DNA of 64,000 nucleotides. It comes from Phoronis australis (lineage: Eukaryota; Animalia; Phoronida). The position numbers and the translations under genes are program-made. A model generated the notes under the pieces. The model was not told where the DNA came from, did not search any database, and saw only the letters and a list, made by a program, of their open reading frames with translations. This document shows positions 27,401-39,131 of the stretch, piece by piece. Within the stretch, counting starts at the first letter, position 1, and the number at the start of each line of letters is the position of its first letter. The stretch is from assembly GCA_002633005.1 (NCBI GenBank), contig NMRA01000254.1, positions 1 through 64,000 on the forward strand, read 5' to 3'.

Positions 27401-30400
27401 CCGCGCTATCCAATGAGTCGAACTACGCAGAATCTCCCTACATGGCCTACACATCGGTCAAGCACCGTCAGCTGAACAGTCGAGCGGCCAGTCGTAAGAA
27501 CACCATCAGCCCCAGTGATACTACGGGTAGCGCTGTGAACAGGCAGACACAGCAGAACTTCATCATGGAGCATACGGAACATCAAGAACTGAGTAGGACT
27601 AAGTCAGCGGTGAGTTCAGCGACACCTTTTGGTCAAAGTATACGGAAATTCTTCGCTGATTTTGCACAAAAATAATGGCCCAAATTGTCATTTTCCTACT
27701 TTTCTAAGACTGACTTTCCTTGCTGCAAGTGATGGAAACTTTTACTAAATGTTTTTATGACATTCACAGAGTACAAACAGACTAATATTTCCAAAATCTT
27801 TATTTTTGTGGAGAAATAATAGAATTTTACTTGTCGGCCATATTGTGTGCTAAATAAGTAAATAATTACCAAAAACTTGAGCATGATCTAAAATGCTATG
27901 TTGTTCACCTACTTCATGATGTGTAAATCTGAAAAAGCGGCTGGTCGAATCTCTTGCAGATTATAAATAAACCGAGAAAAATTACAATATCCCGGAAACA
28001 TCCGATCGAACAAAAATTCTTCTGTGTTTTTGGGGTGTCATGTAACTCTTAAATTTTGTATTAATTTGCTTATTGTTTGTTCTGCCATTTTTAGCCTATA
28101 CCAGATATAACAGACGGGTCTCACAAAGCAGACGGCATCCAAGTCAGTGAATGGATGGATGTGATGCAGTATGAAAAAGCGCATAATTTCAAGGTGAGCA
28201 GAGTCCCGTCTTGTCCACGACTTTTTGATGATTAGGTGGAACGTGGACGGGAAGTCGATGGTTTTAGTATTTTCGGTGAAGTTATAAATCAGTGCCTATG
28301 GTGAAGTCTCGCCAGTTTCGTATAAAAATAATTGCCAATTTTCTTTCGTTTTTCAAGCTTTTGTTGCGAGTGCCCGGAAGTGTTGAAAATTTTGTGGGAT
28401 GGTAGACATTGAACAAATTTGAACATGGTAAAGCATTAATTTGGTGCTATATAGTGTTATGGAGGAAAATGAGAAATAAAATTATATTGTATCGTACATT
28501 CATGACGTTTCACTGCAGTTAAAATATAAAGTTAGAGTAAATGAAACACACATACTGGCTCATGAGACCTAGGTCACTTAAGCCACTTAGAAATTTGATG
28601 TTACTTTTTACGCTGTATTTTACTGGAAATAAATGTGCAACTTTATTGCATATTTATTGTATCCATCTTTGTACTGACTAGTGTTCAGAGGACCTTTTCA
28701 TTGTTTGTGGCTTGAACTAGTTAATATACGTCATCATGTGGACTTGTATACTGTCAGCCATATTGTGTCGTGTATTGGGGAGATTTTACAGCAGTTGGCT
28801 TTTCAACTGCAGTCCAGTCTATTGTTCAAGTGCGCCTGTTACTTATCATGTCTCAAAGAGTTACTATTGAAGTCATAAGTGCTCTACTCTTTGCAAAAAG
28901 GAACTTAGATCAGTCTAACGGGCAATTTGAGAAATTTCATCTATGTCCAGTGTGGGAGTAGATGTGATGACTGCTGTGCAATGATTTTATTACAGGTGCA
29001 CAATTTTAAAGGTCCCCACTGGTGTGATTTCTGCGCCAACTTCATGTGGGGTCTCATAGCCCAAGGAGTCAAATGTCAAGGTTCGTGCAGCCTAGGTCCC
29101 TTCTAAGGTAGTAGCTCCATCTTTTGAGTTCTCAGTAAGTTATGCCTGGAGTGATTTTGTGAGAACTCGACTTGTGCAGCTCACCGAAGATTCATTAGAT
29201 GGAGCTTCTCAGTTAACTGAACCCATGTGAAGAATTATCCACTGCTTTTCTAGATTTAAGTAATTTTGGTTAGATTACGATATCATGACATTTTACTTCA
29301 AATGTAAGGCAAGATCTTTGTTTTCTTGGTGATGTTTAAAATGTACTGAACACAAGGTTTTCATATTGTTAAACTTTCTATGGTATAATTGTAGTTCTTA
29401 TTTGTTAATATTTTATAGTGTTTCAGTTAAATATAATGCAATCTTGTCTTACATAACTGTATTGTAGCAGCAGAAACTACCAATGAACTCCACTTTATAT
29501 ATGATTGTGTAAAATAATGAAGACCACTTTGCAATTACACGTGGCTTTAAAATTCCTATACAAATTTTCTAAATTAGATTAACTAAAGCACAGAAACTGC
29601 AGAGTATTCAATAGGCTGGCAGCATTGTAGTATGATTCCACACATTCTTTTCCACTTTCAGACTGCGGTTTCCAGGCTCACAAGAAGTGTTCCACCAAGG
29701 TTCCCAATGATTGCATGCCAGAGATGAAACACCTTAAGAGAATGTTTGGTGTCGACTTGACGACACTTGTGAAAGCCCAGCAGACGTCGAAGCCTGTGCC
29801 TATCGTGGTGGAGAAGTGTGTCAGGGAGATTGAGGCAAGGGGTGAGTAACTGTCTTACACTGAGGTTGCTGGACCCTCGCTTGCCTGTGCCTCCCTCACC
29901 CTCCCCTGTCATCAGCTCTCGTGGGCACTGTCTTGAGCAGGCAAAACTAACCTTGAGGGGATTTTTTGGGCTTGATGATGGGAATTCTGGCAATTTTTTA
30001 TTTATTGTTCAAAGGGGAATGGAGACAATATATGGCTCTAAAATAGAGGCATCGAGTGCCCTGTCTTGTGCAGTTCCACAAATACTTTATAATATTTGCG
30101 TATGTTGGCAACAACTTTTCTTTTAATAAAGTGGCATGAAACACTCTAACACATAATAGTGTATGTGCTTGGACCAACATTTTCAGAGAAAACAAGTGTT
30201 TCGTTAAAGTCAGGCTATAGTATTGGAGTTACGATGAAAATTGTGAAGTGCTGGAGTTTTGTTCTAAATTTTGTCAAAAAAGAAGAAGCTGGAGATGGGC
30301 AACTGATAATTTATGAAAGAACCATTGGCAATTTAAGCTTGCTTTTGATTTTTTATCCACTTGAGACCAATTTCACGCAACAGTAAGTGATCTCTTTTAA

Positions 30401-33400
30401 CTATTGTAATCTTATGTCAAGATTGATCATTCAGCATAAAAAATCGGCTGAAAATGAAATGAAATGTTGCTGTTGTTATTCAGCGGTTAATGAATTATGA
30501 ATCATACTTGTTCTTCACCGACTCAATGCATTCAAAAGAAGAACCAAAATGGACGTTGCCCATTGTAATTGCTACTTATTTTCTTAACCATTACACATGA
30601 AAGTTTCATGATTTGTTTTCACATTAGGTCTTTTAGAAGAGGGTTTATATAGAGTTGCTGGTTTCCACGACGATGTAGAAGCGATAAAGATGGCATTTGA
30701 TAAAGGTACGTTTGTTCAATAATGGATGTGCTCAGCCTGATCTGGATTTTGCTAGGTAGATAAACATAAAACGTAAAACTCTTAATGCACTCGACCTAGT
30801 TTTGTCAGTTATGATAGCATTGTATGTATTACACTTCAGTTAAAAATTCCATATTGTGAGCACAATATGGCAGACGAGTGAAGTATATCGTAGCCAAATT
30901 TTTCTCAACAGACAGGATTTTTCAGGAAATTTTACTTTGCTAATATTATTTTGCTCTTAGCCTGGTCCTGTACTGTTTAGTTGTCAACAAACAGCATTTT
31001 GTAAACATTTGAGTATTTGCAGTCGTGTAGTAAGCCTCTGTAAAATAGAAACATGGCTATTTTAGCAATTGTTTTAGTCCCATATTGAAATATTTTACCA
31101 TAAGTGCTAACGCCATCCTCACATGTCACAAAATGTGCTTCTACAGACTGTCACTCCTTTCTTTTGACTCACCCTGTGTTCTCAATTTCAGACGGCGAAC
31201 TTGCCGACATCAGTGCCAGTAAATACGACGATATCAACACAATAGCTAGCGTACTTAAACTCTTCCTAAGACTGCTTCCCATACCTCTCATTACATTCGA
31301 AGTCTATCCATTGTGCATTGAAGCTGTGTGTAAGTATATGACCTCTTCGTGACCTTTAAAGGGGCATTAAACTCGTTGCTATTTATAAGGGGCAATGGAC
31401 TTTGGCCTTAGTGAACTCACGAAAAATGTAGCAGTTATACTTGTTTCGCAAAAAATAGAAATGCACGTGGTACTTTGCACACCAAGAGAATTCCCACTGA
31501 ATTTTTTTACCATTTTCTGGCACATATGTGTATCGGAAATGAAAGAAACTGTCTTAAAAGAAAAATATGTTTGCCGCTGCTAGTATGCCAAAATGTATCC
31601 GCAAGTTCAAAGATTAGACCCCTGTCCATGGTTCTGTTACTGCTTTTCTGTGTGCAACAGTTGCTGCTGACAACCCTCTGCCATAATGTAATATTAGCCA
31701 AGATGACGTCTGCTGGCTCAGTATATATGAATTTAAAATGACATATGGGGATGTGCTTGCAAGAACTCCAAGTCCAGGCTAACAGATGAGAAAAATGAGT
31801 TCTCGAGATGATAACTGATGATAAAAAAAACATTATTAGTATCAATTGAGCGCATGACCATATAGAGATATTTTGGAAAGGTTATACAAGACCCTCGATA
31901 AATGCCCAAGTGGCAAACTTTGGAACCTCATATCAAATGGCTGATCGGATTTATATGAAAGTTTCAAGACATAATTTACGTACTTTTTTCCGAAACACTA
32001 TTAGGAACTGTTTTTAAAATTTTCCACTTTGGCATGAGGGGCTATCAAAAAATAGGGCTTTCATGATTAAAGAAAACTCAATAGTACTGTAAAACAAAAA
32101 CGAAATGATAATTTAGAAAATTGTAACACTTTTACAGTGTTTTTGAGATTTGTTCTTGTGCATTTATACCAAGCAGAATTTGGTCGTGTTATTGATACTG
32201 TTGTTTTGTTATGGATGTACCTTCTTTTTTGCTAAATTTTATTATAAACACATGGTCACCTGATCCAATTTATACGAGATTGGAATAAAGTCCAAGATCA
32301 ATTTCTACGTCAAGCTTTCTACTTTCAGAAAATATACGCTTTTACTAAGTTTAAGTTCCTTGTTAGATATTTTGCTTAATACACTGACAAACCAACAATG
32401 TCTTACACAACCTTAATAACAGACCACAGTGTTTTAGGTATAAGCTCTTCTGAGTCAAATAAATATGTACAAAACAGAATTTTCTCACCATAACGGTGAT
32501 GAACAACACAAAAAGAGCAGTGTGATTTAATCTATCAAATTTGAACTCCATCCACCCAAGGAAACACCTTGGTTACTGTGCAATATACGATAGGGGCACA
32601 TGCCAACTTAGCCTCGTTATGGAAGGCTTTCTCAAGGTGACCAATACATTGTCTCTGCTTACAGCCAAAGAACATGTCAGCCCAGACAATCAGGTGTCCA
32701 TGCTGAGGAGAGCTATCAATGAATTGCCACCAGCTCACTACCAAACACTGAAGTACCTTCTACAGCATTTGCAAAAGTGAGTATGGTGCATAGCAAAGGT
32801 TTCATAGCCTCGCATAAGGTTGAGCAAATCTGGGGTCTATTTCAATGAAAAGTGACTTAAGAGCCAAGTCGGAAATTTTGGTTCACGTTCCACACAACAA
32901 TTTCTGAAAAATGATTTTATGTCACCTCAGCAAAAGTGCAGGGTCTCTGAAAGTATACACACTATCACCAGTTGATCAGATGATTTTCATAATTTTTTTG
33001 GAATGAAAGTCAAAATTTCTGACTTAAAGGAGTCTTAAGTCACTCTGTGAAACTTGCCCCAAAATTCACCTTTTCATACATATCATAGGTTGAAAATTTA
33101 TGCTTTTGGGATGCACACTATGTAAACGGTACTTTGTTTGTTGTTGTCCACTGATGTGTACTACTGACGTTGTTCAGTGTCATATATCAATGGGAAGCGA
33201 ATCACTGATCTCAATTTGTAGTCCGAAACGTACAAATCTTCAACCTATGGTGTGCTGTAGTAAGTCGACACTGTTTTATTGTAGGGAGTGTGTCGAGTAT
33301 TAGCTCTGTCTTTAGATAATGCATTTTTTGTATAATACGCATTTATAATTGTAAATGATAATAATTGTAGTAACAAACAAAACTCTCTACCGAACATCGT

Positions 33401-34336
33401 CATTTGCCCAGTGTATAGAATTTATAGCATTGCAGCTGGTGCTCACATTTTGTTGCCTTGTGTTATGACTGATAGACAAACCACTCATATGTTGAGGTAA
33501 AACATTTTGTGGGTATATTTGACAAAACAAAATTTCGCGTTATATTCCTTCATACTGCACGTCTAAAGTAGAAGAATCTTTACCACGATTTGGGTTGGAA
33601 AATCAGTTGACCCTCAATCTTAAGTTTCATGGTGGAGCATCGTTCACAGTCCTGCATCTGGGTTGTTTTGTTTTTTGTAAGATAAAAACATGACTATTTT
33701 GATGATAATCTTGACGTGTGCAATAACTGATACCTGCGTATACAGTAAGAGCTCTCCAGATTGGGACAATGAAAAATTAATTATTTTGCTCAAGATTGGA
33801 GCTTGTACCAAATTTTAGACTTAGGCAATATTGACCGACCCAAATTCAAAAATTAAGGTAACAACAAACAATCACTCACCTCGATGTTAGGGATGCATGA
33901 AAATGTAATGATTTTTTGAATAGCCAAGTTTGTTTTCAGGCTCTGTCATGCAAAACTCGGTGTCTGATATTTGAGAAATTACCAAAGTCCATGTACCAAT
34001 CTTTGGAATCAAGAAAATTCAATTTTAGCTCGAATTTTGGTGTCCCAAACTTTAGAGACTTGTACCGAACTAGAGAATTTTTACCATAGTGTGTATTGTC
34101 CTATGTAGCCATGACAACGTGACAACAAAAGCCTTTACCAAGAGTCTTTCTTCCACAGAGTCAATGATCACCATGCCAAAAACATGATGTCCGTCGACAA
34201 CCTCTCCATTGTCTTTGCACCCACCGTTCTTCGTTCGGGGGATCCTGACCCCTTGAAGGGTCTGGCCTCGATCAAACTCGAACGTATGGCTATGGAGGTG
34301 CTGATGAAGAATTGCGCTATGTTGTTCGAGAGGTGA
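458..34336 (+). CDS. CHN: Chimaerin (SH2-C1-RacGAP), 12 coding exons, 1488 nt / 495 aa: join(458..476,9240..9287,23300..23387,25704..25814,27258..27609,28095..28193,28996..29080,29662..29841,30628..30705,31192..31329,32665..32776,34159..34336)
   Basis: All 11 introns are GT-AG with matching phases, and the summed length is divisible by 3 and ends in TGA. The translation matches the chimaerin pattern: [41 protein letters not shown] (SH2), [42 protein letters not shown] (C1), EGLYRVAG (RhoGAP arginine finger), [15 protein letters not shown]. Co-orthologous to vertebrate CHN1/CHN2 (inference). Confidence 0.95.
3430..3882. mobile_element. Terminal part of a non-autonomous DNA transposon (Academ-like end, ...GACTGGACTA)
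   Basis: Repeated GGCGGCCAT(C/T)TTG subterminal motifs and a terminus reading TAGTCCAGTC on the minus strand. The same TAGTCCAGTC occurs on + at about 1330, but no TSD links the two. Confidence 0.3.
6190..6395 (+). repeat. Dispersed fragment of the HINE-like element at 39132-40879
   Basis: Aligns by eye with about 39220-39410 (ccaaaac.cctt...tgaaattt.gca...gacgg.tcc..ac...ggtgtgccccct.gtg.caattt). ORFs 6142..6339 and 39166..39351 share GGTPVVG. Confidence 0.6.
9240..9287 (+). CDS. CHN: Chimaerin exon 2 ([15 protein letters not shown])
   Basis: Acceptor tgtttcag and donor gtaagt. PVWKTY matches the chimaerin N-terminal PVWKSY motif. Confidence 0.9.
11845..13681. mobile_element. Internally deleted Kolobok-type DNA transposon with a THAP remnant (-) and a convergent acidic/RFEP ORF remnant (+)
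   Basis: TTAA at 11841-11844 and 13682-13685. Imperfect TIRs AGACATAGTTTCACA / AGAGGTCGATTCACA (11/15). THAP coding remnant at 13140-12907. Confidence 0.6.
12907..13140 (-). pseudogene. THAP zinc-finger domain remnant (transposase N-terminus), frameshifted
   Basis: [29 protein letters not shown], then a +1 frameshift in a C-run, then [15 protein letters not shown]...[13 protein letters not shown], then donor GTAAGT. Matches the THAP consensus C-x-C...HxFP...W...CSxHF...F with one Cys changed to Trp. Confidence 0.85.
17206..17365. repeat. 17-bp minisatellite (GTGAATGAGATCGTGAT), about 9.5 copies
   Basis: Near-perfect tandem copies read directly from the sequence. One unit is 16 bp and the first is degenerate. 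Confidence 0.97.
18888..21272. mobile_element. Non-autonomous TIR element (Tc1/mariner-pogo-like, TA-flanked), about 2.4 kb
   Basis: Ends TACTGTAAAC / GTTTACGGTA. Clusters of about 5 TTAA(C/G)CGCCC-type subterminal repeats at 18920-19040 and 21095-21245. Confidence 0.6.
22295..22360 (+). CDS. CHN: Candidate alternative chimaerin exon (first exon from ATG 22300, [20 protein letters not shown], or a 66-nt in-frame cassette)
   Basis: AAAATG start context, an open frame up to a CTG|GTAAG donor in phase 1 (compatible with exon 3), and a ttag acceptor at 22291-22294 that would give a symmetric phase 1-1 exon. Confidence 0.55.
23300..23387 (+). CDS. CHN: Chimaerin exon 3 ([30 protein letters not shown])
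   Basis: tttcag acceptor and gtgagt donor. Similar to chimaerin LYQLQQEAP...RPKYYGRE. Confidence 0.93.
25704..25814 (+). CDS. CHN: Chimaerin exon 4 (SH2 N-half: [37 protein letters not shown])
   Basis: tag acceptor and gtaaat donor. Contains the SH2 FLVRES-like motif YLVRES. Confidence 0.95.
   Translation, partial: VPRCNIPRGGRPPVEPRWLLLSSRESEGSRSLHVGN
27258..27609 (+). CDS. CHN: Chimaerin exon 5 (SH2 C-half and linker)
   Basis: [47 protein letters not shown], within ORF 27241..27675. tttag acceptor and gtgagt donor at 27610. Confidence 0.95.
28095..28193 (+). CDS. CHN: Chimaerin exon 6 (linker to C1, ...QYEKAHNFK)
   Basis: ttttag acceptor and gtgagc donor, phase 0-0. Ends in YEKxHNFK. Confidence 0.92.
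28340..28722 (+). repeat. Interspersed repeat, copy 1 (copy 2 at about 36200-36583)
   Basis: Shares a long near-identical tract (tttactggaaataaa.gtgcaactttattgcatatttattg.atccatctttgtactgactagtgttcagaggaccttttcattgtttgtggcttgaactag). ORFs 28681 and 36543 both start [12 protein letters not shown]. Confidence 0.9.
28996..29080 (+). CDS. CHN: Chimaerin exon 7 (C1 domain)
   Basis: [28 protein letters not shown]. tacag acceptor and gttcgt donor. Confidence 0.96.
29662..29841 (+). CDS. CHN: Chimaerin exon 8 (C1 end, RhoGAP start)
   Basis: [39 protein letters not shown]...[15 protein letters not shown]. tttcag acceptor and gtgagt donor. Confidence 0.96.
30628..30705 (+). CDS. CHN: Chimaerin exon 9 (RhoGAP arginine finger)
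   Basis: [26 protein letters not shown]. cattag acceptor and gtacgt donor. Confidence 0.96.
31192..31329 (+). CDS. CHN: Chimaerin exon 10 (RhoGAP)
   Basis: [39 protein letters not shown]. tttcag acceptor and gtaagt donor. Confidence 0.96.
31930..32370 (+). repeat. Interspersed repeat family (other copies at about 37940-38310 and 38740-39070)
   Basis: Shared motifs gcatgaggggctatcaaaaa(a)taggg/gac, cgaaatgataatttagaaaattgtaac and catggtcac(c/g)tgatcca. Confidence 0.75.
32665..32776 (+). CDS. CHN: Chimaerin exon 11 (RhoGAP)
   Basis: ...[25 protein letters not shown]. ttacag acceptor and gtgagt donor. Confidence 0.95.
32832..33060. mobile_element. Short foldback MITE (PIF/Harbinger-like ends)
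   Basis: GGGGTCTATTTCA...AGTGACTTAAGA at the left end mirrors TCTTAAGTCACT...TGAAACTTGCCCC at the right end. Confidence 0.5.
34159..34336 (+). CDS. CHN: Chimaerin terminal coding exon 12
   Basis: [26 protein letters not shown]...MLFER-TGA. ccacag acceptor. A candidate AATAAA lies downstream at about 34706. Confidence 0.95.
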
Positions 34337-35772
34337 AAACGGATGGCTGGAAATTTATTCGAGATGGACTTGATATTAGCTGTGTTACGCTTGCTGAGTG
34401 GATAGAGACTGTGTCCAACTACAAGAGGGTGAGGGACCGTATCAGAAGTTGTGCCATTTTACAGCTTGTCAGATTGTGGAGACTGTCTCAAAGAACTCAC
34501 GGTGAGGTTGTGAATGATTGCATGAGGTCTCTTGCATGAATTGTAATTTAAGGCTTAAAGGGAAAACAACAGTCTATGACGTTACCTTTACTTGAAATAC
34601 CAGTGCCTGGTCACTTTCAATTAAACAGACCCCTGTACATGAGATTTAATCTTTGCCCTTGAAAACAAACTTGACGTTAGTTTTGGCATATTCTGTTTCT
34701 ACTTGAATAAAAAAGTCCAGATAAGTTTCTATTTTATTTTCCTGTGCTCAAATATATCACGTTTATGCTGGCGTGTGTCTAGTCTTAGGTTGCACTTGAT
34801 GATAACCGTGCTTCGAGCTACAACCTCGTATCAAAACTGGAGCTTTTGTGTTCCGACTCAAACTTTAGTGTTACTGATGGGGTCGTCAAGTGCAGATGAG
34901 GGTTAGACATTCATCCATGTAAACCATATGTGACTGAGCATAGAATAATAGACAATTACTTTGAGTAGGCACAAAAATGTCAAAAATAATTTCTAGTTCA
35001 ATTTTGAGCACAAGATGTGTTGAATAATGGGATATTTCTTAGAAAGTCAGTATTCATTGGTACCTGGCTCGGAGGATGTTACAAATATTTGAATTTTGCT
35101 TTTATACACTACACTAGTGCTGTGGCTTGTTGAAAACTGTCCTGGTAAAAAAATTACATTTGTTCTTTATTGTGATACGGATTGTTGGTAGCGCCATCTG
35201 TCAATAATAATGTATGACATTACAGAGTGCCTCAGTTTTATTTAAAGTCTCTTGCAGGGCCAAAAGTAGCAAAAGGTCGCTGCATTGGGTCTTTAAATGT
35301 GATTTGAATTGTTCTGGCTACAGCTATTAACAGTAGTTCTCCGGTAATTTTGTGCAGATATAATTGCCAAAATTTCCATTTCCATTTTCTCAAGGGCTGA
35401 TGAAAATTTTACCAAATGTTGTTGCATAAAGTCTGTGCAGTACATGCAGTTCTGTACTCGATTTTAATTTTAAAAATTTTTCTTAACCTTTATTTTTGTG
35501 GAGGAATTTGACGAAATAGAATTTCACTAGTCAGCCATATTGTTTGCTAAATACGTAAAGAATTACTAGCTGAAATTATTCTCCAATGTATTCCCACCAT
35601 CATTTGAGATTTGTTGTCTGCATCGCCTATGTTAAATTACATAAAGATATGTGACCAGTAAATTGTATCGCAGGACATACTCTCTTACCATTTGTTGTTG
35701 TCTGTCTAATTCAATTGACATTTTATGTAGATCTATTTGTGTTTTTAAGTTAAGTTTGATCATTTCAAGCAG

Positions 35773-35876
35773 GTTAGTCACTTGTCAGTTAGTCACTTGT
35801 CAGTTAGTCACTTGTCAGTTAGTCACTTGTCAGTTAGTCACTTGTCAGTTAGTCACTTGGTAGTTAGTCTGTCAGT
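35773..35876. repeat. 15-bp minisatellite (GTTAGTCACTTGTCA), about 6.5 copies
   Basis: Direct tandem copies. These explain the LVTCQ repeats in ORF 35651..35863. Confidence 0.97.
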
Positions 35877-36199
35877 AAGTTGCAAGTAATTGCATTCTGT
35901 CTAAACAGTTGATCTCGTATACCACTTGAGAATGTATGAAACTAGTAATTAGAAGTATGTGTTTGTCAGTACCCCATGTAATATAACAGACACCCACCCA
36001 ATAAGATTTCACCTTTATTTCCAGTAAAATATGCGATAAAAACAGTAGCACTGGCTTTTGAAGTGAACACTCCTTCCTCAGGTGGGAGTGTGGAAGTCTG
36101 CTAATGAATTTCTACTAAGACTGCAAAAATACTTTGGGAAAGACAGAGAGAGCATACCATAAAACCACGCCAATTTTTAACAAAAATTAATGCTAAATT

Positions 36200-36583
36200 A
36201 TTCATTTTTCAAGATCTTCTTACATTGTTGTGAGTTCCGGGAAGGTTTAAAAATTTTGTGTGACGGTAGATATGATAAAAAATCGAACATTTTAAGGCAT
36301 TAATTTTGTGCTGTATATCTTATGTGAAAAAATGAAAAAATATAATTTCGTATGTCTGCCATACATTGTGCCCTCGTGAGATTTTCTGCATTATAAATAT
36401 AAAGTCAGAGTAAGTGAAATGCACATACTGGCTCATGAGACCTAGGTCTCATGAGGCACTTAGAAATTTTTATGGTGCATTTTACTGGAAATAAAGGTGC
36501 AACTTTATTGCATATTTATTGCATCCATCTTTGTACTGACTAGTGTTCAGAGGACCTTTTCATTGTTTGTGGCTTGAACTAGA
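36200..36583 (+). repeat. Interspersed repeat, copy 2, containing a perfect 24-bp palindrome
   Basis: See copy 1. CTCATGAGACCT|AGGTCTCATGAG at 36432-36455. Confidence 0.9.
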
Positions 36584-39131
36584 AAATATACATTATGATG
36601 TATCTAGTATACATAGGTTGTGTAGACTGGTGCAAGACATTTGTATTTATAAATTATACTTAATAAATATGGAGCATATCATTCAAGTTAGATTAAACAT
36701 TGTGTTGTCAAACTTCACAAATTTCCTGGAATCGGCTGCATTACATATATTCAAAGAACTGGCGAGAACGCAGGATCATGAAAATTTCTGCGAGATAGCA
36801 TCACGCATCTCAAGTGAAGCACGTGATCACACCAGTTTTTCGCGCCATTGTCTTGGGTATAGTTAAGGCAACCCTGGCTCATGTGGAAAGCTGTTAACGA
36901 GCTCCTGGTGCTTCATGGTTACATTAGCACAAAAACAGTAATTCAATTTAAAAAATGTTGTTTTCATCACTGATATTTGACAGCTGGTGTCTTGCCACCA
37001 GACGTGCTCAGTCAAATTTCATTACAAAAGATTATCAATAGAAAATTTTAGGGCAAGCAAAGAATCTTCATAAGTTTGTAAGGCAGTCGAGAAACCACGA
37101 AAATTCAACGCAACACATAAATCTACACATTTTACTCTATTGGGGTCGTTTCTGCGTTGAGCTTCAAAAATGGCGGAAGTTGGCAAGAATTCAACAAGTG
37201 AGAAAATTAGGGCATAGACTTGAGTGCTTGTTTGCATTAACGTCTTAGGGATCGCCAGCTTGCTCCCAAATATTTTGTGTTAACCTTTATGTAAAGGTAA
37301 CCAGTCAGATAGTTGAATGAAGACTGCATTGGTCCAAGGTTATTCCGAAGGCAGTTCCTGTGAACTTAGAGAAGTCCCTACGGGTCGGACATGACACTTG
37401 AAGTAAACAATTGGGGGGAGCTGAAGATGGGTTGTACACAGTATATATTCTTTGTTGATATGCATAAAAATTTGGTAATATTATTATGGTGTACATGTAC
37501 TTTTTTGCGTAGAACAGGTCATAGTATCCACCGCGATAAATTCATGAATCATAACACCAGGAACCGATTTATTCATAAACAACAACTGGTAACGTGCGCG
37601 CACCCAGCCTAAAATATAGGGGGGGCTCGAATTCTTCGATATGCGGACCTTTTACTGAAAAAAATTAACGAGCAACAAAAAAACGGGGCCACTAGGTTCA
37701 GGAATGGCCAATCGTGCATCCGCCCCGAATTCCTGTGGTCTTAGTGTGGAATTTTGTCTCGTTTACTCGGACTTTTTGTTTTACTGAGGCCGACCTTCGC
37801 GAAAATGGGGGCTCGTTCGAAATCCCCGAGCCCCCCCCCCGGGTGCGCCCATAGGTAATATGCTTAATATGTAGGTCACTCTGAAATATTCCAATTTGAG
37901 AAAGTTTGAATCATTATGTCTCAAATGGCTGAAGAGATTCATATCAAACTCCCAGACACCATACTTTGTGCACTGTTCTCCGAAACGATGGATTGTTTGT
38001 AAAAATTTCCAGTTTGCATGAGGGGCTATCAAAAATAGGACTTTTGTGATATTTATGAAGTGGCATAAAATAAAAGCGAAATGATAATTTAGAAAATTGT
38101 AACTGCTTTTTTGCGATTTTATCTTGTACATTTATATAAAAAATTGGTCATGTTATTGATGTAGTTGTTTTGCTGTGGGTGTACTTTTCTGTTTTGCTAA
38201 ATTTTACTAAATGCATGGTCACGTGATCCAGTTAGAAGCAGATTGATATAAAATTAAAATCAAATTCTTCTTTCAGTAAATATATAATTTTACTGAGTTA
38301 AAATCCATAGTTTTGTAGTAAAGTAGGCCGACAACGCGATAAGGTTCTACAAACTTACATTTCTGTAATAATGGCCACAGACCTATCGTATCAAAAGAGC
38401 ATTTAACATTCATCGACTAATATGAAATGTGAAATTAGTATTTTCAAAGGTAAGCAAGTTAGCACACATTTGTTGACATCAGATTAATAAATTTAAAAAA
38501 GGAGTGCGCGTAGTCGATCATATATTCCGATTCAGTGCATATTCCGATAGGGGCCTGGACATGAACTCCATAATGGGGAAATATTTTACTAGGTAAAGAT
38601 AATGTTTTATATTTGTCATTGAAGGTTGTATAGGACACTACAAAAAGGCCAAAATTTCGTAAGTTCATATCTCAGGAAAGGTTGGCCGGAATTTTATGAA
38701 ACTTTCAGATACTAAGCTTTATGCAATGTCAAAATGTCATTAAGGATTGTTTTTAAAATGTTCAAATTTTGTATGAGGAGCTACCAAAAATTTGGACTTT
38801 CATGATTTTCCCGAAAAAAATCAAAAGTCGTATGAAACTGAAACGAAGTACTTAAAAAACTGTAACAGCAGTTTTGAGAAAAATGAACTTTTATAGAAAT
38901 TTGGTCTTGTTGTTTATGCCGTTGCTATGCTATCTGTGTACCTTCTTTTTTACTAAAATGACATAGTCACGTGACCCAATTAATGCCGGATAGGTAAACA
39001 ATGAAACTTTACAAGCTTTCTACGTTCAGAAAATCTAGTGCACTTTTACTCGGTTAAAATTTTCAGTTTTTTAAGTATTTGACTAAATACAGCGACTTGT
39101 TGATAATTTCCTACATAAGTCATTAATTGCA

